Below, piece after piece: positions 11,906 through 25,613 of a DNA stretch of 64,000 bases. Origin of the DNA: Raillietiella orientalis. Its lineage: Eukaryota. The stretch spans positions 4,278,001 to 4,342,000 of the forward strand of contig JAYWIR010000001.1 of assembly GCA_036172245.1 (NCBI GenBank), written 5' to 3'. The notes under the pieces were generated by a model, which was given only the letters and a program-made list of their open reading frames with translations, was not told the DNA's origin and ran no database searches. A program made the translations under genes and the position numbers. Position 1 is the stretch's first letter. Every line of letters begins with the position of its first letter.

Positions 11906-14900
11906 CCGGGAACTTGTAAACTACGGACTGCGCGTGGGGGGAGGGACACGTATTCATAGACCTTCTCGGTCGCTTCCTGTGAACGCATCCACCCGGCCAC
12001 AAGGTGGAATTCCTGAGAAAGCGTCTCCGTGGCTTCCACCGCGAGCGTAGTCACTCCGTCATGTCGTTGATTTTGTTCGTCGGTGAATTCGTTCGTCGGT
12101 CCGAGACCTCAACTGGGGCTGGTGAGGGCACGTGAGAGTATGGCGGAGTGGGTGCAGAATCTCTCTCGGTACTCATCTCGTGTCTCTTGCTTCCCTCCCC
12201 CCCCCCCGCATTTCGTTTCTTCTAGGCGTCTCCCGTGGTCGGGGAAGATAACGACGGGCCAGAACTCGTCCCTGAGGTTTATCGCTGCTCCCTGAGATCA
12301 GGTGCTCCGAAAGCTTGATTTATTGTCCACGCTGGTCTGCAATGGACACTTTGTGAGCTGGAGTTCTACTTTGCATCAATAATTGTTGCGCAAAAGAGCG
12401 ATCCGCACGCATTCATCACGCGGAATACAGCAAAACCCTCACCCCACTTCTTGGCGTCAAGGGGTGCTGAAGAGGATCAAGACAAGGAGCATGTTCGTTC
12501 CAACTGGACCGAATTATTTCCCAGCTACCAACCACCGTTTTTCAATCTACAGAAACTTAAATTCAAAAAAAAAGAAAACTCTTTGAAAGACAATTTGCAG
12601 CTTTCGAGATGAGGCCACAGTCTGCTTTTCTGAAAGAAAGATGTCCGGTCTTTTCATATATTAACTTACATAATGAACGTATTCATTGACTTTGTGTGAC
12701 CTTTCGGGGTTTTCAACCAGACCCCGTGCATTTCGATCCGAGGGGCTGAAGCACGATGGTGCGGATGAAAACGCGAGTGGTTCGCATTCCATCATGAGGA
12801 TCGCAAAGCACGGCTACTGGATGGTGAAATCCGATGATCTTAAGAGAGGAAGAGCTTTGAGCGTTTACAATCCCAATGTACCTGAAGAGAGGCTGGGGTT
12901 ATTCAAGGCATATTGTTCCAGGCATCAGCATTTCTTCGGAAATACCGAATCATTGGGCGTATAAGCGTTGTGTGGAGCAGTCAGTGGTACTTGTGAAAAA
13001 CCCATTGCTGCACTCGCAGATCTTTTAATGGGGGGTGATTACTGAAGGTTCGTGGCAACGGTGCGATTAAAACCGAAGGATGCAGATTCCTCAGGCAGTT
13101 AACAAAATCCACCACGTAAAGGAGCGTCCTCCACCATACGATTTCCTAATCCCAATTTTCATTTCTTCGGATTTCTCGGGAACCGGCCGCAGAGATTCTG
13201 GTCTTCATCCTCGCAGAAATTGTCGTCAGATGGCTCAGGTGGAATCCCCGACGCTTCATGAAGTCGAGATTGGAATCCAACACGCAAAAATCAGCGGCCA
13301 GGAAACCTAGATACAAGCAGTAGCGGGAATCAGTTGCTGTAAAAAAAAGTGCTGACCCTTCGTGGAAAAACATGATGCATCAAGAAAGCGGGGATGTGGT
13401 GGAAAGACGAGCGGAATCCACAAAGGCAGTGGCTGATTGAGTCTGACTTTTCGAAGCAGGGACGAAACCGCGTTCTTAGTCGTGGGATTTTCTAATTTCT
13501 GATTGATGTCCTCTCAATTTTTCCAAATTCCAAATTTCCAAATGATTTTCTAAATTCCGATGGAGGATATTTTCAATTCACCCACAAGATCAGACATCAT
13601 CGTGATAAATATTCTATCTTCAAATTTTCTCTGGACCCCACAAAATGAAAGCTCCAACGCAACCGAAATCCCTATGGCGAGCTAGGTTTAATATGCTTGC
13701 GTGCTCCGTCTAAGCCACTAAGCCAGTTTTGAGCCACTCTTGAGACACTTTCCTAAAGAAATCTCTCAACCTTAAGATTATTGACATGCAGCTTTGTTTC
13801 AGCTTCATGGACGTATGAGATCGGACGTATGCGAACAGAAAGCGTAGAGAGCGAACCCTTTCACTGGTTATCAGAAATTTCTGGAAGGTTAGAACACTAC
13901 TACTTCCTGGCACGGGAGTTCCGTTTCTGAAAGAGTGGAAGAGCTCCGTTTCCAATGAAGTCGCATCCACCGAGTGCATTCTGGTGCTCACCTACCGCGG
14001 ACGTTGCTGCTTCTTGCACCTCCGACTGCGGGAACAGCTCGGCGTGGGGTGCGTTACTGCACTGCGGCGTAGGGCAGCGGAAGGGCTTTCGTTAAGAGAT
14101 CTTTGCAGTGAAGGGAGCAACTGAGCATTTACTGCAGGGATGCTCGATCTTGGGAGCCACACAAATGGCACCCTCACAGGCTCAACCTCCGGTCGCGATC
14201 CAACACTGGAAGTGTGTATGGACACAGACCGCGCTCGGCAACACGAAGACGATGAGGATGGTTCTCCAAGCAAGAGAGGACTTCGTTCCCTTTTTTTTTT
14301 TCAGCGAATCTCAAGTAGCAACGTAACCAATGGAAGCAGGAAGCAGATTAACATTGTTCTCCGCTTCCTGCCGCCATTTTTAATTAGCCATAGTTTCAAG
14401 AGTGAGTCGGTAAATACGATTGCACTTGTGTGCAAATTGGACATGTCCTAACTTCGGTTGAAGCATCGGCACATTGAAATACCAGAATTTCGCAACGTGC
14501 CTTATAAACCGCAAGGAGCGGAAAACAAAATGCCCTAAGGCTGCGTGGCAAAAATCTCATTGCGAAAACTGTCAGACTAATGTTAACTTATCCAATCATT
14601 CGCTTTCTAAAATGTACATATTTACCTTTATCTTTGTAACTCCTGGAAATCAAGCACACAGGACTTCAAGAAGTTTCACGTATCAACGTTGGAACTGCTC
14701 GTCTTCCTATCTGCTGTTCCTCTGCTAAGCATGAGGCGCCAAGAGGATAAGTAAGCATGATAAGAATCACGAAGAAAGTATCCGTTCTAGAGAAGTCCTC
14801 GAAGATATTCCAGAAAGCAAAGCTCAGATCATCCTGCTAGTGGATCCTCCGAGAAAATCAGGAAATGAACTTTTATGCGTCTCCATCCGGGAGTCGACTA

Positions 14901-16199
14901 TGTCGCACACTAACTTATCCACTTCCATTTGGCTAAAAAACGTCAAAATGCAATTAAAAATGCTCTCCTTAGAGTCCTAAATTAAAATCAATGCATCGAA
15001 AAGTATTGCCAAAGAAAAAAAAAACTCAAGTAAATTACCAATAAAAATGAGAATAAAAAGCAAAAAAAAAAAAAAAAAACGGAATTGAATCAGCCCAGTT
15101 TTCCAGTATTGACAAAAAAAGGTCGAGAACTTTTGCAATCGATGTGTGTGTGCGTGTGTGTTTTCCACGACGGATAGAAAGCTGTCATATGGTTTGGTCC
15201 AGCCAATCGAAACAATTGTCTGATTCATGATCTCTTTTTCGGTATCTCACCGACATGTGGTCCTTGTGTGGCACAAAATGCTGTTTCACATTTTGCAAGC
15301 TGAAATCAGGAAAGAACTTTCGATAACCCACCCTCTTCTTCGGATTCTTCCCTGTTATCCAAATCTGTTGACTCCAGAAATCTCATTTCTGAGGACATTT
15401 CCCGAACCGACCGCATTTGGAGAGTGGTTGGCGACAACTGTGGCTTTTCTTCTATTACATCCCTGGATGTATCCAAATGATGGTCACAAGCTCTTCTTTA
15501 CTCATCTCGATGGCTTCAGCTCATGTCTTGAATCGCTGTTGTGCATCGAACCTTTGGAAATCGTAAAAGACTAGTTGATGCCTTGCAATTACCCATTTCA
15601 CATCGGCTCCCTGTAACTCAGGAAATCGATTTCATCAACGCTGTGCTCTTGCTTACAAATTTCTCAATTCGCATTTTTGCAGAAGGTCTTTTCGGTTTTA
15701 TAGAGTAATTCTTATCCTGTCGCCTTCAAATTCTCTCAAGGACTCAAGAATCAGCTCGAAATTACTCATCGTCTGTTTCATTTTTCTTTTCCGTTCCGTT
15801 TCTTCTTTAGCTTGCGTTGTGCTTCCACGAGTGCTTCCAAAATTGTCTGAATTCTTTGAAATCTAGAAGAACCTTCTTGCATCCATATGGTTCCCATATA
15901 TTGTATTTTCGAAGAATAGGCCAATCCGTTGTCGTAAATTACGATTCCCATCGAGAAGTTAAACGTACAGCTATTTCCTTTAGTGTCCCAAAGTTTTCCT
16001 GTGTCCTATGCTTTCTCATTTTTACAATGCAAGTAAACTTCCTTCCCAGACCATACCACTTTGCTGTATTAATTTATTAATATTTATTTTAAACTAGTGC
16101 GTGAAGCTATTTGTTCTGAGTCTCTTGGCTTTCCGGGATTCAACACTTTTCACTTCAATCATTAACCGAATAAGTCTTGATTCTCTACCTGCTACATAT

Positions 16200-16222
16200 A
16201 TGTGTGCGTGTGTGTGTGTGTG
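16200..16222. repeat. (GT)n microsatellite immediately upstream of structured element copy 1
   Basis: TG run with one interruption. Confidence 0.85.
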
Positions 16223-16233
16223 GCAGATGGCCT

Positions 16234-16842
16234 GCATTCATCCGGGTGCGGCACTGGTGGCGGTTGAAACCGGATGCCGCCGATGAAGACCGGGACAAAT
16301 GGGAGTCCACCTCTCTCCGGGTCCTTCCAGGAATCACGGAGCGGGAGTTCCCCCTTCAGTTGTGCAAAAGAGCGGACCTTCCATTCCAGGGGGACCCTCC
16401 GCGTCGTACTGATGGAGTAGGTGTGTCGCCACCACCTCTCCAGAGAGTGCAGAGAAGCGAGCCGATCCCTTCGGGGAAACAGCGCCCTTCTAAATTTCGG
16501 AAGCGTCCCTTCTGGGTTCACTTCCGAGGAGTAAAAACAGGAGCAGATCCCTTGCGGGGGATCCCTCCGGGGAAGAAATTCCAGGATCGGATCCTTTCCG
16601 GGTTCCCTTCAAAGAAGAAAAAATGGAGCGGACCCCCCTGGGGGTCCTGCAGAGAGAATAAGGAAGGAGATTCCCTTTTGGATTCCCCTTCGGAGACAAC
16701 CAGGGTGGAGGTGATCTCCATTTCCGGGAATCCCTCCCCAGGCGTGAGAGGAACGGTATCCGAGTCCTTCCTGGATTCATAGGGCGGACCACTCCCGGGG
16801 TACCCCTATCTTGAAGAATTGAATTCCCTCGGGTGGCGTGTC
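16234..16842 (+). ncRNA. Unknown highly structured RNA-like element, copy 1 (long form with internal expansion)
   Basis: GC-rich island in AT-richer DNA, homologous to 37566-37816. Terminal helix UCAUCCGGG (16238-46)/CUCGGGUGG (16828-36); helix UCCAGGA (16326-32)/UCCUGGA (16769-75); several UNCG-capped hairpins. G-U pairs favour the + strand. Confidence 0.65.
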
Positions 16843-18192
16843 GAAGAACTGCGGAGACAGAAAAGAAAAGAAAGGATTTCCATCATCCACTAGTCAGTCT
16901 TTACGGCTCTTAGTAATGTTCTTCTCCTCCTGCTCTTATTCACTTGTGTATGTTTACACGTTTTTCTCAAACCTCCAAAGTTTCGCAGATGATGCTCAAT
17001 TCACAAACGGTAAATTCAAACTGGACTGTAGCCAGACGTCTTTTCCGGAACTCAGTCTCTTTGCATCGATTTCATTCCAGTATTTAGAATGTGTTGCTAA
17101 TTTCAGTCTCGGATTTGAATCCTTTAAATTTAGTCATAAGGAAAGCTCCTTATCGGGTATGTTGGGAGGAAGTGCAGTCCATTGAAATCGAGATAACAGT
17201 TCTGATTTCTGAGAGCGGCCTCATGCATGGCTTTCGTTTTCCTCACCATAATGCACGAAATATTAATCATTTCTTTTTCTGCTAAAGTGAAAGAGAAATA
17301 ACTACATGAGTAAACATTGACAGGACTGACGTTGGTTTCTCAGAAGTTTCCTGCAATAGAAGAGGTTGCATTCCGGTTGAGATGAAATGCCCGTGTAGCA
17401 GACTGATATAATTATCAGTCTGAAGTTCAAGTTCTTATAGCAACCAATCCACTAAAGAAAAAAAAAAAAAAAAAAAACACCCCCCACACACACTCACACA
17501 CAAAAAAAAAGCATACGAGAAGAAATGTTTCATAAAGGATTATAGCTCTCGTGGTAATCATACAATTCTGAACAGTATTGCTTTCTTCCAAATATGAGTT
17601 CCTACTCTTCTAGAAGAAAATCGAACCGTTTAGAGCCATTTATAATCACTGTTTCAATACGGAAAATGCATATTTCAAAATAGGTTTTTATACGGAACTT
17701 TTGCTTGAAAGTGCTAATTGGATGGCACCGTGTCATCAAACTTCGGTTTGGGATCATTCATTCAGTTAAGAAAAATAGTGGTCTTGGAAGAAGTTCAGGC
17801 TTGAGGTGCCATTTTAAAGTGAGCCAATTGACTTATCGTTTCATGGGGCAAATCTGGTTTGACTAATAATGCACCATTTCTTTATCTAAGCAGATCTCTT
17901 TTAAGGTTTCAAAATTTTGCTTCGGACGTAAGTTTGCTGGTTTGTCTTTTTTTGTCTTGCACGCCGCAATTATAATTTCATTTTGTTTCAAAATAATAAG
18001 CTCGCGCAGAAATCGGAATAAATTTAAAAATGCAAAATATTAAAAAATATCGTTTTACTTTAAGTAAGTGGCGTTTTTCTTACAGTGCTAGAATCTTCTT
18101 GCATTGCTTGTGTTTGAATAGAATAACTGGAAACTTTATGAGCTCTGATATGGAAAATGTGTATTACATTTAGCATTGAGTAGTATACACAG

Positions 18193-18213
18193 GTTGTTGT
18201 TGTTGTTGTTGTT
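18193..18213. repeat. (GTT)n microsatellite
   Basis: Seven GTT units. Confidence 0.9.
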
Positions 18214-21200
18214 TTTTGCAGTAGTTATTATTTGTGGAAATAGAACTCTTTATGCAATAAATCGTCCTATTATGTACGAAGAACACGAATTAGATGCCCT
18301 CTGTTAACTTTTAGGATATTTCAAAAATGGGAAAGTTTGCCTCCGAAGCAGTCGGGAATTTAAAGCAAAGAATGTTGGCAAACGGAAAAACCAATTTGGT
18401 CGTCTTAGTAACAGGTAGTTATTGTACATTGCGCAACCGGGAAGATAAATGCTGTGCAAATAAAGTGCTCTGTATATGAATATAATTTTAGTGATATGAA
18501 ACCGTGCATCATGTTCCGTAAAAATTAGATTTTCAGGTTTTTTTGTATCGGTTTGGTCATATTCCTTCGGCGTCGCCAGTGCATGATATTTGCTTGTTCC
18601 TTTGCAGTTATTGACTTGTTTTCCCATGAATTTCATGTTCCACGTTCCAGGCTTAAATTTCAAGTTACGGTGCACCCATAGCTTGTGTAATCTCGAGTTG
18701 GCTGAAATTTTTATCTTTCAAATTTTTGGAAAACATATCATTCAAGTATCAGTCTAAATGCCTTTGTTGTTTCCTTGAATTGATTCTCTATGTTCAGATC
18801 TGTTTACATACTTATGTATGAAATTTTCGAACTCGAACGGTTTTGACTCTTTTTGAAGGATAATTAGGTTTATATGTGATGATTGTTATCAGTTTTTCTG
18901 CTGGAAAAGTGCACTTTTTCATAAATAAGAAATCACATGGCATCAGTATTCTTAATCTGCATTCCCAATGAGGTTAAATGAAACCTTAAGTAAATTTCTT
19001 TTCAAATACATCACTTGTTTCTTGAATAATGAAAGACTACTCGACAAAATGCTTTTTAAGCACAGGAAACTTAATCAAAGAATATGAACATGAAAAGCTG
19101 TTTCCCTCCCCCCCCCATTCAAAGTTTTAATGGCATTTATGAAATTCATGCTTATTGATTTGCATTGCTATTAGAAAGGCATGTAATTGAAAGAAAATTG
19201 CATGTAAAATCTGATTACTGTTATGCACATTGTACAAGGGTATGCAGCTGTGAGTGCTTGAAAAGTGGGATTATTTTTGATGTAACTTCCATTTCCAGTG
19301 TTCTGAAGATGATAAACTAAGCTTTCCTATAATTTATCTGTTGAAGATAGCAGTATTATTTTTCTTTGCTTAATGGTATGTCCAGTATCCAAATGATTTT
19401 CTCACACTGTGGCTTATATACAACAGCTGCTTTGCAGAGTCAAATAGAGTCGTAATTATGCACTGCTTTTGATTACCTTGATAGCCAATTTTCACCTTTT
19501 ATTCTAGCTAGTAATAAGTGAATTCTGTGTAGCAGATTGCCTTTCATAAATGCTTTGAAAGATCCCTTCCAAAGAGAGTTTTCAAAAATATATTATGAAT
19601 TTATTTATCATATGAACGGCGTTATTTTATTATAGTACCCAAGTTGCAATCATTCACATCACTTGCATGTGGTGAATCTCCAAAATCATCGCCATTTGTG
19701 CCATGTTGCCCCCCCCATATGTGGTTTCCTAATATTATTTATGCATAAGCAGTTTTTATGTTTCCAACCTGGAATTCTTTGAAAACAACCACCAACCGCT
19801 GTCTGTCTTATTTATTTTAGGAGCACTTTTACAAATATTGTACTGTCATGGGTTTCGGATGTTGATTCGCCTCAGTTTTCCCAAGTACTTCATTGGGCCA
19901 CACCGGGCTGTTAGATGTTTTTTACTTCGCCGGGGCTTATATTTGATCGCGAAAGATAGCAGATAAATATTTTCGCAAGATTATGTGAATCAAGTGCGTA
20001 GAATAGCATCATTGATTAGGCCTGTAATCGCTCCGGCACGGTAGAAATTTTGAGAACATTCAAATTGGCTTCCGGAGGAGCCCTTAAATCCATTAATGCT
20101 GTTCGAGGCATTGAGATCCTCGAAGGAGAGGATGCTGAGAGGCTGTTGCCTCGTTTCTCTCGCGTGCGAAAGTTCATCCTAAATCATTGCAGAGCTCAAG
20201 AATTTGTTGGTTTCTATATTCCATCCGTAACTGCTTGATTCGATGAATGCTTTGGGGTCCTCCAAAAGTAAGGGTGTTTTCTCAGTGGTGGTTCCCTGGC
20301 AAAGATTCCTAAACGAACTGTATCGCGATGGTGATTTGCATGGGAGTGTCCCCTCTCGGAATCGATTCGATGTGGTAAATCCGTCCATGTTGTTGTTGTT
20401 TTGTGTTTTTTCATGTGAACCAATAAATAACATCGCCATTCGCAACCTCTGTTTTGTTTAGAGGTGTGGGGCTTTGTGCTTTCTGCACTCTTTATTCCAC
20501 TGCAACATCATGACGTTTGGCATCATCTCTCTCATCACGATCTCATTATCCGCCATTTCGATTTCTTTTATAAGACGTACACGAGCACCATCATTCTGTT
20601 CTGATTAGTCTCATAAATATTCTTAACAGCAGAATACACACCACTGAAGCAATTACCGGTGTCGGTTTCTTAGCCAGTGCATATTACGCGTAATTGCTGG
20701 AAAAATTGCATGACAGAGATTTTTTTCTTTTTTCCCGGAAAACGAATTTTGGTCTCATCCGCCACTCTTGTTTAAACGTATGTGTGTATCCCATTCGATC
20801 CTTCTTTTCGCGTAAGTGTTCGTGTTCGTTCGTGTGAGGAACCTCGACCTGGGAGTCCCCTCGTCTTGGGAAACAACAAAATCGTGGCTGAGTAGAAGTA
20901 TCTTTTTTTCTTTGTTGTTGTTGTTGTTTTCCTGGATCTGAGGAATTTCCGGCACCGAAGAGTTTGCAGCGAATTAATAAGTAAAATTTAGAATACAGGA
21001 CTACCTGTACGGATTGGCTTATCAAGGACGGCCCGCGCCCATAATGAGATTGTACGAATCCGAAGGAGAGTGACAGCATCGCAGATAAGAAACGATGCTG
21101 CTGCATCTCCGAGGAGTGGGAGCAGGAATTTGTTCAAGTTAGCTCATTTTGGATTCTTCTTCTTCCCGAGTGAGAAGGAGCGCACCGTCCGAGATCGGAT

Positions 21201-22928
21201 CTGTTTCCGTCGGGGCAGGAGAGTCAAAGCTTTTTTCTTTTTTTTTTTAAAAAAAAAAAAGTGTTCAGAAGAGTTCCCGAACACAAAATTAGCAGAATCA
21301 ACTTTCGTGATTGTTTGTCTTTTTATCATTAATGCTCGCAGTTTAGTAGAGGCTCTGTAGTGCTTCCCGTCATCTATGTAATGCTTTTTGTTCGTTTCTC
21401 TCTTTTAGGTCCCAGTACTTTTTTTTTCTTTCTTTTCTTTCATTGATTTATGTGCAGCGATCGCCAAGTAATTCAGCTTCCTTTAATGTTCGACTTTTTA
21501 AGTGTAAATACACCATTTGGTGCGTGTGCGTTTTAAAGAGGCAGTTCTCGGATCTTTCATGCGTTAATTCCTCAGTATGTTTGATAATACTTTTAGATTG
21601 CGATGGAGAGACTTCGTAGAACGGCAAACATGGCTCGATCTAATAAAACTGGTCAAGAGAACAAAAAAAAAAAACTCTAGACGACATTTAGATCAGTCCT
21701 TTCCCAGGAAAACAAAGGGAACTGAAAGACCCAGAAACCCTTGAGTGGAGATTGGGAGAATCCACCCAGAAACAGATTTATCTATGTTTAACTATATCAA
21801 AGATGTCTTTTGAGAGGAAAATGAACAAGGTCAAGGCTGAACAAACGAGTTGTTCACGTAGTCGATAGAGAGGAACGACCAATGCTGGAATGTTGGGAAA
21901 CGGACGAAAAGGCTTTTCCGTGAGCAAGGTATTTTAAGCTGTCGTTTCCATCATGACGTGGGCACGACGGGATCTGGCAAGAGCTGATCAAGGAGCCGCA
22001 GAGCAGGTGGATTCGCACGCTGGAAACGCGTCCACGCAATCGGTTGAGGCCGAAGACCGAAAGAGAATGGTAAAACGCGCTCGCCGTCGTTGGAAAAACG
22101 GAGCCAAGTTTTTCGATTCTGCCTTTCGGGATGAGTCGGGAGTTGCGGAGGGAGACTCGACACGGGGGAGGTTCTCGAAAGGAACGCGCGAACCGGGGAT
22201 TTTGTTTCCAATTCCCAAGCATCAGGAACCGTGGAGAATCCACTGTTTCTGAGTTCACTGGCATGGGGAGTCTCAAGCACGCCACTGGTCGTCGGGATGT
22301 GCCTTGTTTTGTTTTTGTTATCCACGCTGAGTCGAGCGAGTGAGCAACTTCCGTTTTCTCGGTCCATAGCCGGTCCACTCCGCTCTGGGGGCTGCTTTTC
22401 TCCCGGTGCACTCCGGCACCTCGTTTGCAGAACGTGAGTGTCCTCTAATCTGCCTGCCGTCTCCCCCCCCCCTCCCCTCCATCATGCCACCCAATCCAAG
22501 CTCCCTCTCTTCCTCTCCCCCCGACATTACCTTCTAACCTTCTCCCTCTCTTAAAAAAAAAGGAGAGGAAAAAATACACTCCTACTCAACCTATTATTAT
22601 CACTCTCCATCCTCACTCGCGCAGGGAGAGCCGAAACGGCCACTTCCACCCTCCTACCCATTAGACAAATCGTATCTCTCTCCACGTCTCGTCGTTTCCT
22701 GGCCACAATCTCTTGCCTCGCGATGCTCAAAGAAAACATTTTTTCTCGGCGCGAAGATGGAGGTGGCGGCTCGCCTTTCCTTGCGCCCTTGCCGTCTCCC
22801 AAGAGTACCATCGAGAGCCACAGAGCTGGCACGCGTGCAACCGGGCTTCTGGCAGACCAGAAATCCTTATCAATGCGTCCTGCTTCTGTATTACATACGG
22901 AACGATTTTCCATATGTATGCATGTACG

Positions 22929-22952
22929 TATATATATATATATATATATATA
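22929..22952. repeat. (TA)n microsatellite
   Basis: Uninterrupted TA run. Confidence 0.95.
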
Positions 22953-25454
22953 TCTTTTAAAAAAAAAGGAAAAAATGACCCTCCAACTCTCTGCGCGCTC
23001 TTGAACTTCTCTTTCTTTCCCGGAAGCTTCACCTTTTACCATTCTTGCATCGGCCTTCCTCTCTCAATAGAACACAAGAAGCAGGGTCTCTGCCCTTTTT
23101 AGCCCTGCGCGCGTTTCCTGGCTCCCGCGGAAGTGAGCCGGACGCTTCGAAATTTGCGCGGAATGCCACGCAAGGGCAAACTTCTTTCGTGTCTTCGCCG
23201 ACCTCTCGCCTGGCTCGCCGGACTTCCCTGTTCTTCTCTTCCGTCGAAGGATGAAAAGTCGGTTCCCACGGTAGTCCGATCCATGTTCCATGTTACCGCG
23301 TCAACCGTCAGACGATAAACAGGGTGGGCGTCTCCATGGCATCTTGGACTCGCCGGAGAGATCTCCAAGAATAGAACTCTCGCTCGAAAAAAATCCGTTC
23401 CACGTGCTTTGTCCCCTTCCCAGGAGCCGATCTTCCTGACGGACGGATAGATGCGAGGAAGCTGGCGAAGAGTCCGATTTCGATCGGGCGTCGGAGCGAA
23501 TGGCGCGGAAACTTTGATTCTGCACGGGAAGGGCGCTTCTGGAAGTGCTGTCGAATTCGTATATCTTGCAGTTCGTAAAAACACCGGGCGCAAGAACGTC
23601 GGATTAAGCTGCTGAGCTGCTACCGGAGGACCCGGGATGGTTAAGCCTTTGAAGAATAACTCGGGAAAGCAAGGATAATGACACTCGGCTTGTTACAAGA
23701 AGACTTGTTCGCTCGCTCGCAAATGAGAGGATGAGTTAGCCGGTCCAAGATTATTTGTGCTTGCTGCGGTCCCATTTGGTCTGGCATCATCATGTGGGAG
23801 GTGACGTAACGAGGTGTACAGGCACGGCTAAAGTAGTCCCCGTAAATGACAGGTAACTTCTCAGTGGACCGGGTTGTTCCCTCATTATAGCCTCACGCGT
23901 GACAAGGATGGAAGAATGAAATGCTGGGACGTTGAGAAAAGCTGATGTGAGTGAAGAGCAGTAGATAAAATAAAACGCGCGCGCACGTGCCCGTGTAAAG
24001 GAAGTGAGAAAGTTGAGTGGCTACAGGTGATGACAGTGGTCAGAGGATCTGCAATCTAATTTCGGAGCAGCAGTGGTGGACAGTCATTCACTGCTGACAC
24101 GTTTGCCGACAACGCGGGAAGACCGTGCGGTCGCATGCAAGTCGGTTTTGTCCTCTTGCGTTCGTTCAAGCCGGCGCATTCCGCGTTGCCGCCTTGCTCC
24201 TCATCTCCGAGGTATGCAGATGCTCTCTCGAGCTGATACGTGATGTCTGTGTCTACCGCGCGCGTCATTTGCTCTTGATTTCCCTCTCATCTGCATTTTC
24301 TGATTACGTCAGCTGGAGCGTTTCTTACGTAATGAGGCTTCTCGCAAGAAGGTGTTGCCGGAGGCGATGCCACCAGCCATGTCGTGGCTGCCCGAAAAGT
24401 TCCATTTGCACCTAGTGACCCCGGGGCGTTTATTGTAAAAGAATATTTGCAAATGAATAGTCAAAGAGAAATCATTTACCCGTAGTGAGATTCTAGAAGA
24501 TTCCACTATACTCGTGAGAGTCCTGAAGGCGTTTCTGCTAACCAGCAGGCTGCTCAGAGAAAAGCGGAAGGGGGTAAAAAAATAAAAACAAACAATTTGT
24601 TTTCCACGTAAAAACATGGGAGGGGGGGGGGGAAGAGAAGGATGGTTTTCTGGGGTTTTCCTCATCCTCCGAAGGATGCTGGCGAGTTCCTCCTCGAATT
24701 CCAACAGGTTGAGCCATTTCTCGTTGTAACCCCCAAGAAAGAAGGAACCATGGGGGTTGGCGTGCTTGTCACCCCGCTCTCTCTTGTCGGCGCTTCGTGT
24801 CGCGGCCCTGCCGCGGAGGCAGCGCAGAGCTGCCGCGATTGCCGAGGCGGGAGACACGACATCCGGCACGACGGGCCTCTTCAGGTTGTCTGTTGTGGTT
24901 GCGCACGGGGGAGATCATAAACGTTCCCACACACGCCGGGGGGCAGACCGATCCACTAACAGGTGCAGGAAGAATGTGACCCCTCCTCACCCGGCAGGTT
25001 CTGCGGGCTTCGTTTTTTGAGCGCCCCGGCAAGCCGGATCTCCTCAAGGACGAATCGTCGCAATCGACGACGGAGGTTGAGCATGGGACTCTTCCGGCTT
25101 GCCCCATCACGTGCTCTTCGCTGTTGCGCAGCCAAGTTCAGAGTTCAGAGGGTTCAGTTGGGAATTCGGAGATCGATCGCTTCCCGCGCAGTACTCGAGG
25201 TGCGAACCAGGAAGACGCGGCCAGCATTCGCAGATGGAACGCTCTCGGCAGACCGTGGTGCGCTCGGGATCTCGAGTGGGGAGGCTTCGATAGTTTGGGG
25301 GAGTCGCCCGCTAACGCCTTCGACGTAGGGGAGGTGCCGTGAAAATCCTCCGAGATCGGAAAAAGTCCTCCGGGGAACTTCCGGGCCGAGAGAGGGCAGA
25401 TTTCTGCGGTCATCAAAAGAGGCTTTCGCGCCGAAAAATTCAGAAAGAGATTTT

Positions 25455-25613
25455 CCTTCGCTGCCTTCCCTGCATGACGTCAGCACACCCGTCATGGCGG
25501 CCACCAATGTGCGACGAGCCGCCTCTCAGCGGCCTCGCGGAGAAACGTGCGAGGCTTCGGGCGGTCAGGTTTGGGGCTCTCATCCTACGCTGCCATGAGA
25601 TGTAGGGAATGAG
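25455..25613 (+). repeat. Diverged ~150-bp CRE-containing repeat, copy 1
   Basis: TGACGTCAGC..CATGGCGGCCACCAATG..CGAGGCTT..GGTTTGGG..CTCATCCT..ATGAG..AGGGAATGAG, collinear with 26437-26588. Confidence 0.75.

Noticed and set aside
11683-12054. Minus-strand 123-aa ORF with protein-like composition
   Set aside because: No recognisable homology and no consistent splice or start context.
12289-12321. Partial resemblance to bantam, miR-305 and miR-125 mature sequences
   Set aside because: Only fragments match and there is no pre-miRNA hairpin.
16490-16792. Minus-strand peptides shared by the two structured elements (MNPG, LGR, LSPKG)
   Set aside because: By-product of nucleotide conservation. 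Spacers vary freely in length and G-U pairing supports a + strand RNA.
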